Source of the DNA: Nitrospirota bacterium | GTDB lineage: Bacteria > Nitrospirota > UBA9217 | DNA: 64,000 nt | Direction: 5' to 3' | Assembly (NCBI GenBank): GCA_963818475.1 | Contig: CAWFSF010000005.1 | Location: 448,001 to 512,000 of the forward strand | Part shown: piece after piece, positions 52,183 through 62,893 of the stretch | Position numbering within the stretch: the stretch's first letter is position 1 | Layout: every line of letters begins with the position of its first letter | Made by a program: the position numbers and the translations under genes | Notes under the pieces: generated by a model | Told to the model about the DNA's origin: nothing | Databases searched by the model: none | The model's input: the letters and a program-made list of their open reading frames with translations, nothing else

Positions 52183-52256
52183 CTCCGCAGATTTCGTAGA
52201 TGGACACAGATTTTAAAATAACAATCAGTTCGATTTAATCTGTGTAACCTGCGGAT
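52183..52256. repeat. 9-mer palindromic element
   Basis: TCCGCAGATTTCGTAGATGGACACAGATT / AATCTGTGTAACCTGCGGA. Confidence 0.75.
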
Positions 52257-52299
52257 CCTATATTGACCTGAGTAGTTACTGCAGATTTACATTAACAGA

Positions 52300-55200
52300 A
52301 TGCATGCCGAAGAAAGCGATGATGGCCCTTTGGATACAGTGAACGATGTACAAGCCCTCCCTCCCCGGAAACAGGCGATACCGCTCTTTCTGGCGCTGAC
52401 CGCAGCGGGCGCTGTTGGCAACTATTACGGGTACGAGATTTTTTTCGATATCCATTTCATCTTCGGCAGCATCTTCGCCCTGCTGGCCCTGCAGCTCCTC
52501 GGCTTCGGCCCGGGCTTGCTTGCGGCCGTCGTTATCAGCAGTGTCACCTACCTTATCTGGAACCACCCCTACGCCATCGTGACCATGTCCTGCGAAGTGC
52601 TGGCGGTCGGGTGGCTCAACACCCGAAAGAACGTGGGAATCGTGTTTGCTGACGCGCTCTACTGGCTGTGCCTCGGCATTCCGCTCGTCTTCCTCTTCTA
52701 CTCCGGCATCATGGACCTCTCGATCAGCACCACCGTGATCACCAGCCTGAAACAGTCGATGAACGGCATTGCCAACGCTCTGCTTGCCCGGCTGCTCTTT
52801 ATGGCACTTTCCTTCCGCTCCCGAAAGAGGCTTTTTTCGATCCGGGAGGTCATGTTCAATATGCTGGCGCTGTTTGTGCTTGCGCCATCATTGCTCCTGC
52901 TGTCCATTGAAATCAAAACGGAGTTCAGTGATACCGATCAGGCGATCCGCCAGTCCCTTTCCCGGGCAAGCAAGCGTGTTTCGGACAGCCTTGAAACGTG
53001 GCTTGAAGGACAAGCCAACCCGATCGTCCATCTGGCTAAGATCGCCGGTTCGCATTCCGTCTCCGACCTGCAGCGCAGCATTGATGATGCGCACGCCATG
53101 AGCAGGGAATTCCTGCGCATGGGATTGCTGGACAAGAATGCAACCATTGTCGCTTTCTCACCGCGCTTTGACGAGTTCGGGCAGAGCAATATAGGCAAAA
53201 ACTTCGCTGATCGGCCGTTCATACCCCTCCTGAAGCAGACGCTGAAACCGATGCTCTCCGAAGTCGTAATGGGAAGGATCGGCACACCAAAACCGATGGT
53301 GACCATTCTGGCGCCCGTGGTCACCCGGGGCGCCTATGCCGGATACGTGACGGGAATACTTGACCTGCAGCAGGTGAAGGCGCTCATCTCATTGAATGCT
53401 CCGGGCCAATCGTTGCCGGAGCTTCATTACACGCTCCTCGACAAGAACAACAGGATCATTATTACGAATCGGGAGAACCTGAAAGTCATGGAGCTGTTTG
53501 TCCGCGCGCCGGGCGACCTGATTCGGCTGGGTGACGGCATTCAACAGCGGATTCCCGTGAGCCGGAAGAACATAGCATTCTCTGATAGGTGGATGAACTC
53601 CTATTACATCGTGGAGACCGGGATCGGTCCCCTGGCGGAGTGGAAGCTGGTCCTGGAGCAGCCGGTCGCGCCATTCCAGAAAAAGCTGTATAAAAAATAT
53701 GCCGGTCAGCTGATCCTGGTATTCCTCATAATCCTGTCCGCGTTGGTGGTCGCCGAGATTCTGAGCCGAAAGATCATCAAGCCCTTGAACAAGCTGACGG
53801 AAATATCCACCGGCCTGCCGGACCGGCTTTCGACCGGCGAGAATATCGCCTGGGCCGGGAGCGCGCTCCTGGAAACCGAGCGCCTGCTCGTGAACTTCAG
53901 GGACATGGCAAACGCGCTGTCCGATAAATTCAACGAGATCAGGAGAATGAATGTCTCGCTGGAGGCACGGGTACGGGAAAAAACGCGGGACCTGCAGGAG
54001 AGCGAGGAGCGGTACCGGAATCTCTTCGAAAACAACCTCTCCGTCATGCTGATCATCGATCCGGAAAACGGTGCTATCGTGGATGCCAACCCGGCGGCCA
54101 GCGCCTACTACGGATGGACCCGGGAGGAGTTGAAACGCAGAAAAATAACAGAGATCAACAGGCTCCAGCCGGAAGAGCTCGCCGCTGAAATGGCGCTCGC
54201 AAGGGCACAGACCCGCAATCATTTCTTTTTCCAGCACCGCCGTTCCGATGGAACGATCCGGGATGTGGAGGTCTACAGCGGGCCGGTGCTCACCTCCGGG
54301 AAAACCCTGCTGCTTTCCATTGTGCATGACATAACGGAGCGAAAACAGGCGGAGCGGCTGCTGTCCGAAATTTCCCTGTTCAATGAACAGATGCTCACGA
54401 CGCTCTCGGTCGGCGTCGCATCCTACGATGCGGAAGGAAAGTGCGTGTCCTGTAATGATGCCGCAGCGCGTCTGATCGGCGTGTCACGAGAGGCATTCAT
54501 GCTGCAAAATTTCCGTTTGCTCGAATCCTGGAAAAAATCCGGGCTGCTGGAGGCTGCGGACAAAACCCTTTCCTCAGGCGTTGCCTCCCGGCTGCAGGTC
54601 CACATAGTAACTTCTTTTGGTAAAGATATCTGGCTGGACTGTATCTTTTCCAGGTTTTTTTCAGGCGCCGGCGGGAAACCGCACCTCCTCGTCGTTTTTT
54701 CCGATGTATCGGCAGCCAAACATGCCGAAGAGCTTATCAAGGATCAGGCGAAGGAGCTGCAGAGCATCCTTGACACCCTGAGCGTAGGGGTCGCTCATGT
54801 CAAGGACCGCAGCATACTCTGGGCCAATGCTTCCTTTGACCGGATATTCGGGTACGAACCCGGAGAGACCAGGGGTATGGGATCGCTGCTGCTGTATGCC
54901 GACAGCGAAGGGTATGGACGGATCGGGCGGGAAGGATATGCCCGGCTCTCCGCGGGAAAGACTTATTCCACAGAAGCGCGGATGAAAAAAAAGGACGGCA
55001 GTCTGTTCTGGGGCGGTATTGTGGGGCGGGCCATTGATCCAGGGTCCCCTGATGCGGGATCGATCTGGATGTTCCAGGATATCACCGACCGAAAGCAGGC
55101 GGAGGAGGCCTTGCAGGAAAAGACGCTTCAACTCGAAGACGTGACCAGAAATCTTGAAAAAAGAGTTACCCTGGAAATAGCGCAACGGATGAAGAACGAA

Positions 55201-55977
55201 CAGCTCCTGGTCCAGCAGTCCAAGCTGGCCGCCATGGGTGAGATGATCGGCGCCATCGCCCACCAGTGGCGGCAGCCGCTTAATATTCTCGGCCTCATTG
55301 TACAGAATGCGCAGGACGCATTCGCCCATGGCGAACTGGACAAGGCGTACATGGAAGGCACGGTGCAAAAAGCCATGGCGCAGATCCAGCACATGTCCAA
55401 GACCATAGACGATTTCCGGAACTTCTTCATGCCGGACAAGGAGAGGACCGTTTTTGATACAATGCGCGCCGTGGGCGATGTGCTGTCCCTCTTCTCGGCG
55501 CAGCTGGCGGCCAATGATATCGGATACACCCTCACCTGCCATACGCATGGGAGGACGTTCGATAACCAGGAGAATATCGTTCCCTGCGAGGAAAAGTTTC
55601 TGGAGGGTTTCAGGAACGAATTTGAGCATGTCATTCTCAATTTGATCAACAATGCCAAAGACGCCATCCTGGACAGACGAGAAAAGGACCTGACGGCCCG
55701 AGCGGAGCGGGGCTCAGTAGCCTTTGATTTTTACCAGGCCGAGGGCAGGATCATCATCATGGTGAGCGACAATGGCGGCGGCATACCGAAAGAAGCGCTC
55801 AACAGGATATTCGAGCCTTACTTCACCACCAAGGACCATTCCCGGGGGACCGGCCTGGGGCTCTACATGTCAAAGGTTATTATCGAGGACCATATGCAGG
55901 GGAAATTGTCAGCCCGGAACCATGCGCACGGCGCAACGTTTATCATCGAACTTCCCTTGTCGGAGAAAGAGGCGTGA
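52300..55977 (+). CDS. Membrane sensor histidine kinase (multi-TM N-terminus, Cache-like domain, three PAS, HisKA, HATPase)
   Basis: NFADRPF Cache motif; PAS ends HDITERK and QDITDRK; IAHQWRQPL; NLINNAKDA; DNGGG; GTGLGL. Confidence 0.92.
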   Translation: MHAEESDDGPLDTVNDVQALPPRKQAIPLFLALTAAGAVGNYYGYEIFFDIHFIFGSIFALLALQLLGFGPGLLAAVVISSVTYLIWNHPYAIVTMSCEVLAVGWLNTRKNVGIVFADALYWLCLGIPLVFLFYSGIMDLSISTTVITSLKQSMNGIANALLARLLFMALSFRSRKRLFSIREVMFNMLALFVLAPSLLLLSIEIKTEFSDTDQAIRQSLSRASKRVSDSLETWLEGQANPIVHLAKIAGSHSVSDLQRSIDDAHAMSREFLRMGLLDKNATIVAFSPRFDEFGQSNIGKNFADRPFIPLLKQTLKPMLSEVVMGRIGTPKPMVTILAPVVTRGAYAGYVTGILDLQQVKALISLNAPGQSLPELHYTLLDKNNRIIITNRENLKVMELFVRAPGDLIRLGDGIQQRIPVSRKNIAFSDRWMNSYYIVETGIGPLAEWKLVLEQPVAPFQKKLYKKYAGQLILVFLIILSALVVAEILSRKIIKPLNKLTEISTGLPDRLSTGENIAWAGSALLETERLLVNFRDMANALSDKFNEIRRMNVSLEARVREKTRDLQESEERYRNLFENNLSVMLIIDPENGAIVDANPAASAYYGWTREELKRRKITEINRLQPEELAAEMALARAQTRNHFFFQHRRSDGTIRDVEVYSGPVLTSGKTLLLSIVHDITERKQAERLLSEISLFNEQMLTTLSVGVASYDAEGKCVSCNDAAARLIGVSREAFMLQNFRLLESWKKSGLLEAADKTLSSGVASRLQVHIVTSFGKDIWLDCIFSRFFSGAGGKPHLLVVFSDVSAAKHAEELIKDQAKELQSILDTLSVGVAHVKDRSILWANASFDRIFGYEPGETRGMGSLLLYADSEGYGRIGREGYARLSAGKTYSTEARMKKKDGSLFWGGIVGRAIDPGSPDAGSIWMFQDITDRKQAEEALQEKTLQLEDVTRNLEKRVTLEIAQRMKNEQLLVQQSKLAAMGEMIGAIAHQWRQPLNILGLIVQNAQDAFAHGELDKAYMEGTVQKAMAQIQHMSKTIDDFRNFFMPDKERTVFDTMRAVGDVLSLFSAQLAANDIGYTLTCHTHGRTFDNQENIVPCEEKFLEGFRNEFEHVILNLINNAKDAILDRREKDLTARAERGSVAFDFYQAEGRIIIMVSDNGGGIPKEALNRIFEPYFTTKDHSRGTGLGLYMSKVIIEDHMQGKLSARNHAHGATFIIELPLSEKEA

Positions 55978-55978
55978 C

Positions 55979-56621
55979 ATGAACGACCAGCAACAGTTTG
56001 ACCTTTCGGTCCTCTATGCTGAGGATGAGGCGATCACCCGCGAAGAGATCCTCCTGTTTCTGAAACGCAGAGTGCGGGACGTTTTTGCTGCCGCGGGACG
56101 GGAAGGAAGGGCTGGAACTGTTTCGCCAAAAAAAACCCGACCTCGTTATTACCGATATCCGGATGCCGCACATGGACGGATTGAAAATGGCAAAGGCAAT
56201 ACGGGCGGTCGACCATGAAGTACAGATCATCGTAACGACCGCTCACAGCGATGCCTCCTCCATGATGGAGGCTATCGACGCGGGGGTCGACCAGTACGTG
56301 CTGAAACCCATTGTGACGGAAAAGCTTATTTCCGCCATCGGGAAATGCGCCCAGTTGTTCGCATACCGAAGATCGGCAAAACAGTATTTGGATGAACGGG
56401 AGCGGATGATCATCGAGCTGCAGGATGCTCTCGCGAAAGTAAAGCTCCTGAGCGGATTTCTGCCGATCTGCGCGTCCTGCAAAAAGATCAGGAATGACCA
56501 GGGCTACTGGCAGCAGATCGAGGCGTACATCAGCGAGCATTCGGAAGCAGAGTTTTCACACGGCGTGTGTCCGGATTGCGCGGAACGGCTCTACGGAAAG
56601 TATTACAAGGTAAAGAAGTGA
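55979..56621 (+). CDS. Response regulator with C-terminal Cys-rich domain; frameshift near 56095
   Basis: LYAEDE, TDIRMP, YVLKP; PICASCKKIR...SHGVCPDC. Confidence 0.9.
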
Positions 56622-56715
56622 GCCGGGGGTCCCGCGATCAAGCAGGGCGATTCGCCATTACTGATCAACACTGAGTAACTGACAAACCAAATTCTACTCA
56701 AAATGGCAAGAATAT

Positions 56716-56851
56716 TTACCACGAAGAACACGAAGTTCACGAAGAAAAACGTACAAGGCCGTTGTTAAAGACGTTCGCACGTTGAATTCCTTCGTGCGCT
56801 TCGCGGCCTTCGTGGTGAAAATATTAGAGTTCCGGCTTGTCCGGGTTAGGC
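56716..56851. repeat. 9-mer palindromic element ending in TCCGGCTTGTCCGGGTTAGGC
   Basis: (CACGAAGnn)x3 / CTTCGTGCG-CTTCGCGGC-CTTCGTGGT; terminal motif shared with 5311-5330. Confidence 0.85.
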
Positions 56852-56884
56852 CAATAGAAACAGCGCTCCCTTGAGGAGGGAACC

Positions 56885-57109
56885 ATGACCGTGGATAAAT
56901 ATCTTGATGTTGTCGGCAAGGCGTGTCCCATTCCGCTCATTACAGTTGCCAAGGAGGTGCGCACCATGCGAAAAGGCCAGCTACTGCGCATCATCGGAAA
57001 TGATCCGATTTTTGAAACAACGATCCTTGATTTTTGCCGGGAGGGTGGGCACGAAGTTCAAGAGACAATCCGCGACGGGAAAAAAGTGAGCATCACTTTT
57101 AAGGTCTAG
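56885..57109 (+). CDS. tusA: TusA-family sulfur carrier
   Basis: LDVVGKACPIP (CPxP), GQLLRII, 74 aa, GAGGAGG RBS. Confidence 0.9.
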   Translation: MTVDKYLDVVGKACPIPLITVAKEVRTMRKGQLLRIIGNDPIFETTILDFCREGGHEVQETIRDGKKVSITFKV

Positions 57110-57146
57110 ATGCGTGAACCGGCAGTCAGTAAGATCGGAGGCTGGG

Positions 57147-57675
57147 ATGAACAAGAAAGCTACCATTCTATTGCACAGCGGCGACATGGACAAGGCGCTT
57201 GCCGCCTTTATCTTTGCCAATGGCTACGCCGCATTGGGCGTGGAGGTCAAGATGTGGTTCATGATCTGGGGCCATAACTGCCTCAAGAAGCGGAAAAGCC
57301 TGTTTTCCTTCCGGCGGAAACCGGATCCGGCCCGGGAAGGCGCTTACCGGGTTCTGGAGACGGACAACATCCTGCAGCCCCTGATCGAAATGCTCAACCG
57401 CGGCGGCGCGGATCATTTGCCCTTATCGCGGCTCAATCTCATGGGACTGGGGCCGCTGCTGTTCGGCAAAATGCTCAAAAAGAAAAACATACCAAGCCTG
57501 GAAGAACTGATCAGAAGCGCCGATGATCTGGGCGTTCAGTTCATCATGTGCCAGATCTGTTTCGATGCCATGGGCCTGAGCGTGGATGACCTTATCGTGC
57601 CGCATGTCGACAGTGCAAGGGGTCTCCGCCTACGCGAAGGACACCATGGAAGCACACGTTAATTTATTCATCTGA
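57147..57675 (+). CDS. DsrE2/DrsH-like sulfurtransferase family protein; frameshift near 57610
   Basis: SGDMDKALAAFIFANG, FMIWG, LSRLNLMGLG, SLEELI, MCQICFDAMG, ...NLFI. Confidence 0.88.
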
Positions 57676-57691
57676 TGAGTGGAGGAAACAG

Positions 57692-59742
57692 ATGCACGCC
57701 CAATCGGACTCAAATAAGCAGGAGGCCCTGGATCGCCTGATCGAGGAGAATGCCTTCCTGCGCTCGGCCCTGGAAAAGACCGACCAGGGAAAGGAGCTGA
57801 TCCAGCAACGGGAAGAATTCTCACTGCTCTTATCGGTCAGCAAGCTCATTGTATCGGAGCTGAGACCTGGACACGGTATTTCAACTGGTCGCCAGTAAGG
57901 CCCGGGATCTTGTGCAGGCGGATATGCTGCTGGTGCCGATGCTGAACGAACAACGGGACCGGTATACCTATAAGGCCGCCGTCGGTCCTGATGCCGAGGC
58001 TGTCCTGGACGCGAGCTTTCCCGTTACCGTCGGCATGTGCGGCTGGGTGCTGCAAAACGAGCGAAGTCTCTTGTTCGGCGAATCACAGTCCGTGCTGGCT
58101 GGATGAAACGACAACCTGGGAAAAGGGGCAGCAATCCGCCGTATTGGTCCCCCTGTTCGGCAGAAAACAGATCATTGGCGGACTGTCGGCTCTGGGCAAA
58201 AAAGGGGGAGGCAGCTTTACCCCGCACGACCTTGACCTGCTGACCATGTTCGCCAACCAGGTCAGCACGGCCATTGAAAATGCCGGGCTGTTCCATCAAC
58301 TGCAAAGCGAGATTGAGGAACGCCGGCAGGCGGAGATCGCGTTGCGGGAAAGCGAGCAGTCCTACAAAACCCTCGCGGAAAATCTCCCGGGACTGGTGTA
58401 CCGGGTGTTTATCCGTGAAAAGAACCGCATGAAATTTTTCAACAGATCAAGCCGGGAGATGATCGGATGCCTGGAAAGCGATCTTGAAAGCGGCGAAGTC
58501 TGTTCAATTGTTTCGCTGATCGTGCCCGAAGACCGCCCTGCTGTTGTTGCCGAGGTGCAACGGGCGATACAGGAAAACAAACCCTTTGCCGTCGAGTATC
58601 GTTTGCGTCATAAGGACGGAACGATCCGATACCTTTCCGAAGTGGGGGCGCCGATAGCAGGGAACGACGGTAAGCCGCTGTATATCGACGGAGTGATCTT
58701 TGACAATACCGAACGCAGGCGCGAGGCGCGGCTGTTGACGGAGAGCGATGCCCGTCTGCGCACCCTGGTGCAGACCATCCCCGACCTGGTCTGGCTCAAG
58801 GACGCCGATGGCATTTATCTATCCTGCAACCCCATGTTCGAACGCGTCTACGGCGCACGGGAAGCGGACATCATCGGCAAGACCGACTATGATTTCGTGA
58901 ACAAAGAGCTGGCGGACTCCTTTCGCGAGCACGACCTCAAGGCCATGGCAGCGGGCAAGCCGACCAGCAACGAGGAATGGCTCACCTTTGCTGAGAACGG
59001 CTACCGGGGGACGTTTGACACTATCAAAACTCCGATGTATGATGCCGAAGGTACGCTCATCGGCGTGCTCGGCATTGCCCGTGATATCACCGGGCGCAAG
59101 CGCGCGGAGGAGCAGATCGTCAAGTCGCTCAGGGAAAAGGATGTGATGCTGAAGGAGATCCACCATCGCGTAAAGAACAACATGCAGGTGATCTACAGCC
59201 TGTTGAGCCTCCAGGCAAAGAGCATTGACGACCCATCGGTGCGCACCCTGTTCGTGGAGAGCCAGAACCGGGTGCATACCATGGCGCTGATCCACGAACG
59301 GTTGTATCGATCCGAGGACCTGGCCCACATCGATTTTAAGGAGTACCTGCAGAGCCTTGTTGTCGATATTGCGGACACCTACAAGCGGCACGACGTTGTC
59401 CTGTCCGTGGACATGGAACCGATGGCCCTTGACGTGAATGCCGGAATTCCCTGCGGCCTGATCGTGAATGAACTGGTTTCGAACAGCCTGAAGCACGCCT
59501 TTCCCGAGGGAAGATCGGGAATGGTCAGGCTCGGGATCCGCAAGGACAACGATGGGAACAATGTCCTGTTCGTCGCAGACAACGGGATCGGATTCCCGGA
59601 AACAGTCGACTTCCGAGGCACATCAACGCTTGGCTTACAGCTGGTCAACGTGCTTGCCGGTCAGCTGCGCGGAACGATCGAGCTTTCGCACGCAGAGGGA
59701 ACGGCCTTCAGCATAACATTTCCGGAAAGTAGCTCTAATTAG
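57692..59742 (+). CDS. Cytoplasmic GAF-PAS-PAS histidine kinase (HisKA_2 type); frameshifts near 57863 and 58085
   Basis: GAF (GMCGWV...VPLFG...FANQVSTAIENA), two PAS, EIHHRVKNN, NELVSNSLKHAF, DNGIG, LGLQLV. Confidence 0.9.
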
Positions 59743-59775
59743 TAACATAATTAATTGCATCATCACGGGGGGATT

Positions 59776-62700
59776 GTGGCAGCTGAAATTCAGGAGCGAA
59801 AAGAAGGTCTCGTTTCCATCTGGCTTATCGTACTCTTCGCTATTCTAACGTATTCCCTTGTCGTCCCTGCTGCAGAGGCGCAAACCAGGGAGCTTGCCGG
59901 CAACCGGACGACGCTTAGGGCCGTCATCCCCGACGACGTTCCCCCAACCTACTTCCGGGATCCGAAAACCCATAAAGCCGCGGGCTTTGCCGTGGATGTC
60001 ATGAACGAAATAGCCGGGCGTGCCGGGCTTTCAGTGGTCTACACGTTTGAAGAGGATTGGCCGGCCATCATCGCCGCGGTAAGGAGCGGGCGGGCCGACA
60101 TAGCGCCTGTTCTGGGCATGTCCGAGGAGAGGACACAAATCCTGGCTTTCACGACGCCTGTCGAAACAGTGCCCGTATCACTATTTGTGCGCTCGGACAA
60201 TACCACTATCAGCGGGTTAAAATCCGGTATTGCGGTCGGGGTGATGCGTGGCAGCGCGGCCTATGACGCAATAAAAAAACAGTATTCTTCCGATATAGCG
60301 CTGAAAAACTATGAACACTTTTCCGAAGGGTTGTTTGATTTATTAGCGGGACAAATAGACGTTTTCTGCTGTCCCGCCACAACACTGAGACTCCTGGCGA
60401 GAGGCGCCGGGGTCGAGGACAAGATCAAGACCGTCGGCGCGCCGCTCATGGAGCTTAAACGTGGCATGGCCATGCGGAAAGACGATGTCGATCTTTTTGC
60501 CAAGCTCAATGCCGTCACGGAAGCATTCGTCGGATCTCCTGAATATCAGAAAATTTATTCAAAATGGTATGGACGAAAAAGACCCTACTTTACTCTTTCG
60601 AAACAGAACGTGCAAACCATCATTGTCATTGCCCTGATTATCATTGCAATGGCATCCTGGCGTCATCGTTCCATGCTCGGCATGAACCGCAGACTTCTCC
60701 AGAGTGAGGCAGCACTCAAGGAGGCGCAAAACATCGCCCGGATAGGGCGGTGGGAATTAGACCTGCTCAATAACAGTCTTCGGTGGTCAGACACCATTTT
60801 CGATATATTTGAGATCGACCAAACGCAATTCGGTGCCACCTATGAGGCATTCCTCGAAACCATCCATCCTGACGACCGCGAAACGGTCAATAAGGCCTAT
60901 ACGGAGTCACTCAAAAACAAACAACCGTATGACGTTACGCACCGCTTGTTAATGAAGGATGGGCGCGTCAAGTGGCTGAGTGAAGTTTGTCGAACCGATT
61001 ACAATCCGCAAGGGCAGGCGATCCGATCCGTGGGCATCGTGCAGGACATCACCGAGCAAAAACAGGTTGAAGATGCGCTTCGGGAGAGCGAAAAAAGATA
61101 CCGTCAGTTGTTTGAGAACATGCAGGAAGGTTTCATGATTCAGGATGTCATTACGGACGACGCAGGCAAACCGTTAGACGTACGATACCTCGATGTCAAC
61201 CCGGCAGTAGAACGCTTCCTCGGAAAAAGACGCGTGGAGATCATTGGGAAAACACGAACCCAGGTTCTTGGGACACCCGACCCAGCGGTTGTAGAGGCGA
61301 ACATTCGCGTGGCCGACACCGGGCAGCCACTCCATATGGAGCGGTACTCATCTGGAGCTAAACGGTGGTATGAGTCTTTCAGCTATTCATTCGGGCCGGG
61401 ACAGGTCGCGACTCTCGTTTTGGACGTTACCGAGCGAAAGCGGGCTGAGGAAAAGGTCAGGCAGAGCGGGGCCAAATTTCGGAACCTGTTCGACTCATCA
61501 ACGGACGGCATCTTCATCATCGACCTCGAGGGTAACTTCATCGATCTGAACACTACGGCCTACACGCGACTGGGGTATACGAAGGAGGAGATGCTCGCAC
61601 TGCATATCAGTAAGCTCGACCACCCGGAGTTCTCCCCCCACGCCGCAGAACGGATGAAGCAGATACAGGAGCACGGCTTCGCTGTGTTTGAGTCCGCCCA
61701 TCTGCGCAAGGATGGCTCTGCAATGCCGGTGGAGGTCAATGCGCGGCTGATGGAGTACGATGGAAGGACTGTATTCTTCAGCATGATACGCGACATCACC
61801 GAACGCAAAAAGGCGGAGAAGGCGCTGCGCGAGAGCGAAAAGCGGTATCACGTCCTGTTCGATCAGTCCCCTGACGGCATACTGCTCATAGACACCGAGG
61901 GAAAGATCCTCGAATTCAATGACGCGGCCCATCGCCAGCTGGGATACTCTCGCGAGGAGTTTGCACAACTACGACTTTTCGATCTCGATCCTGTCGAGAG
62001 CCCTGAAGAAATACGAGGCAGCCTCAGCTAAAATCCAGGAGATGGGCCAGGCCAGGTTCGATGTCAAGCATAGGACAAAGCAGGGAGAGAGCCGGGATGT
62101 TTATGTTATCGCGCAAGCCATGATTTTGTCGGACAGGCCGGTTGTGCATACGATATGGCACGACATCACCGAACGCAAGAAGGCGGAGGAACTGATCCTG
62201 AGTTCGCTCAAAGAAAAGGAAGTGCTGCTCAAGGAGATCCATCATCGGGTGAAGAACAACCTGCAGGTGATCAATAGTCTGCTTAATCTCCAGGCAAAGA
62301 ACATCGCTGACACGAAAATCCGCGCAATATTCGAGGACGCGCGAAACAGGGTGAACTCTATGGCACTGATACACCAAAAGCTGTATCAGTCGGAGGACCT
62401 GTCCCATATTAATTTCAATGAATATCTGGGGAGCCTCGTCGCGGGCATTGCGGACACCTACAAACGGCGCGACGTTGTTGTGTCCGTGGACAGGGAACCG
62501 ATCACCCTTGATGTGAACGTCGGCATCCCCTGCGGACTGATCGTAAATGAGCTGGTCTCGAACTGCTTGAAATACGCATTCCCTGAGGGGCGACCGGGAA
62601 CAATCACCGTCGGAATCAGCAAAGACGGCAAAGGGAGCAATGTTCTGACGGTCGCGGACAACGGGATCGGCTTCCCGGATGCAGTGGACTTCCGCACCAC

Positions 62701-62836
62701 CTCATCGCTGGGGCTTCAATTGGTCAATGTGCTGACCAGGCAGATCCAGGGGACGATCGAGCTTTCGAGGACGGAGGGCACAGCGTTCAGAATAACCTTT
62801 CCCGATTCTCGGGGGACCGGCGGTGAAAGGATATGA
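59776..62836 (+). CDS. Periplasmic substrate-binding (SBP_bac_3) plus four PAS plus HisKA_2 histidine kinase; frameshift near 62015
   Basis: AGFAVDVMNEIA...YQKIYSKWYG; PAS repeats; EIHHRVKNNLQ. Confidence 0.9.
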
Positions 62837-62893
62837 GGCAACATGAGGCAACCGATTAACAACGAATAGTCACGCGAAACAGGGGGATGCATT

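Noticed and set aside
57673-57678. TGA TGA at the end of dsrE2 as selenocysteine
   Set aside because: Follows the family's usual C-terminal LFI; no Cys-equivalent position; the next gene's RBS follows
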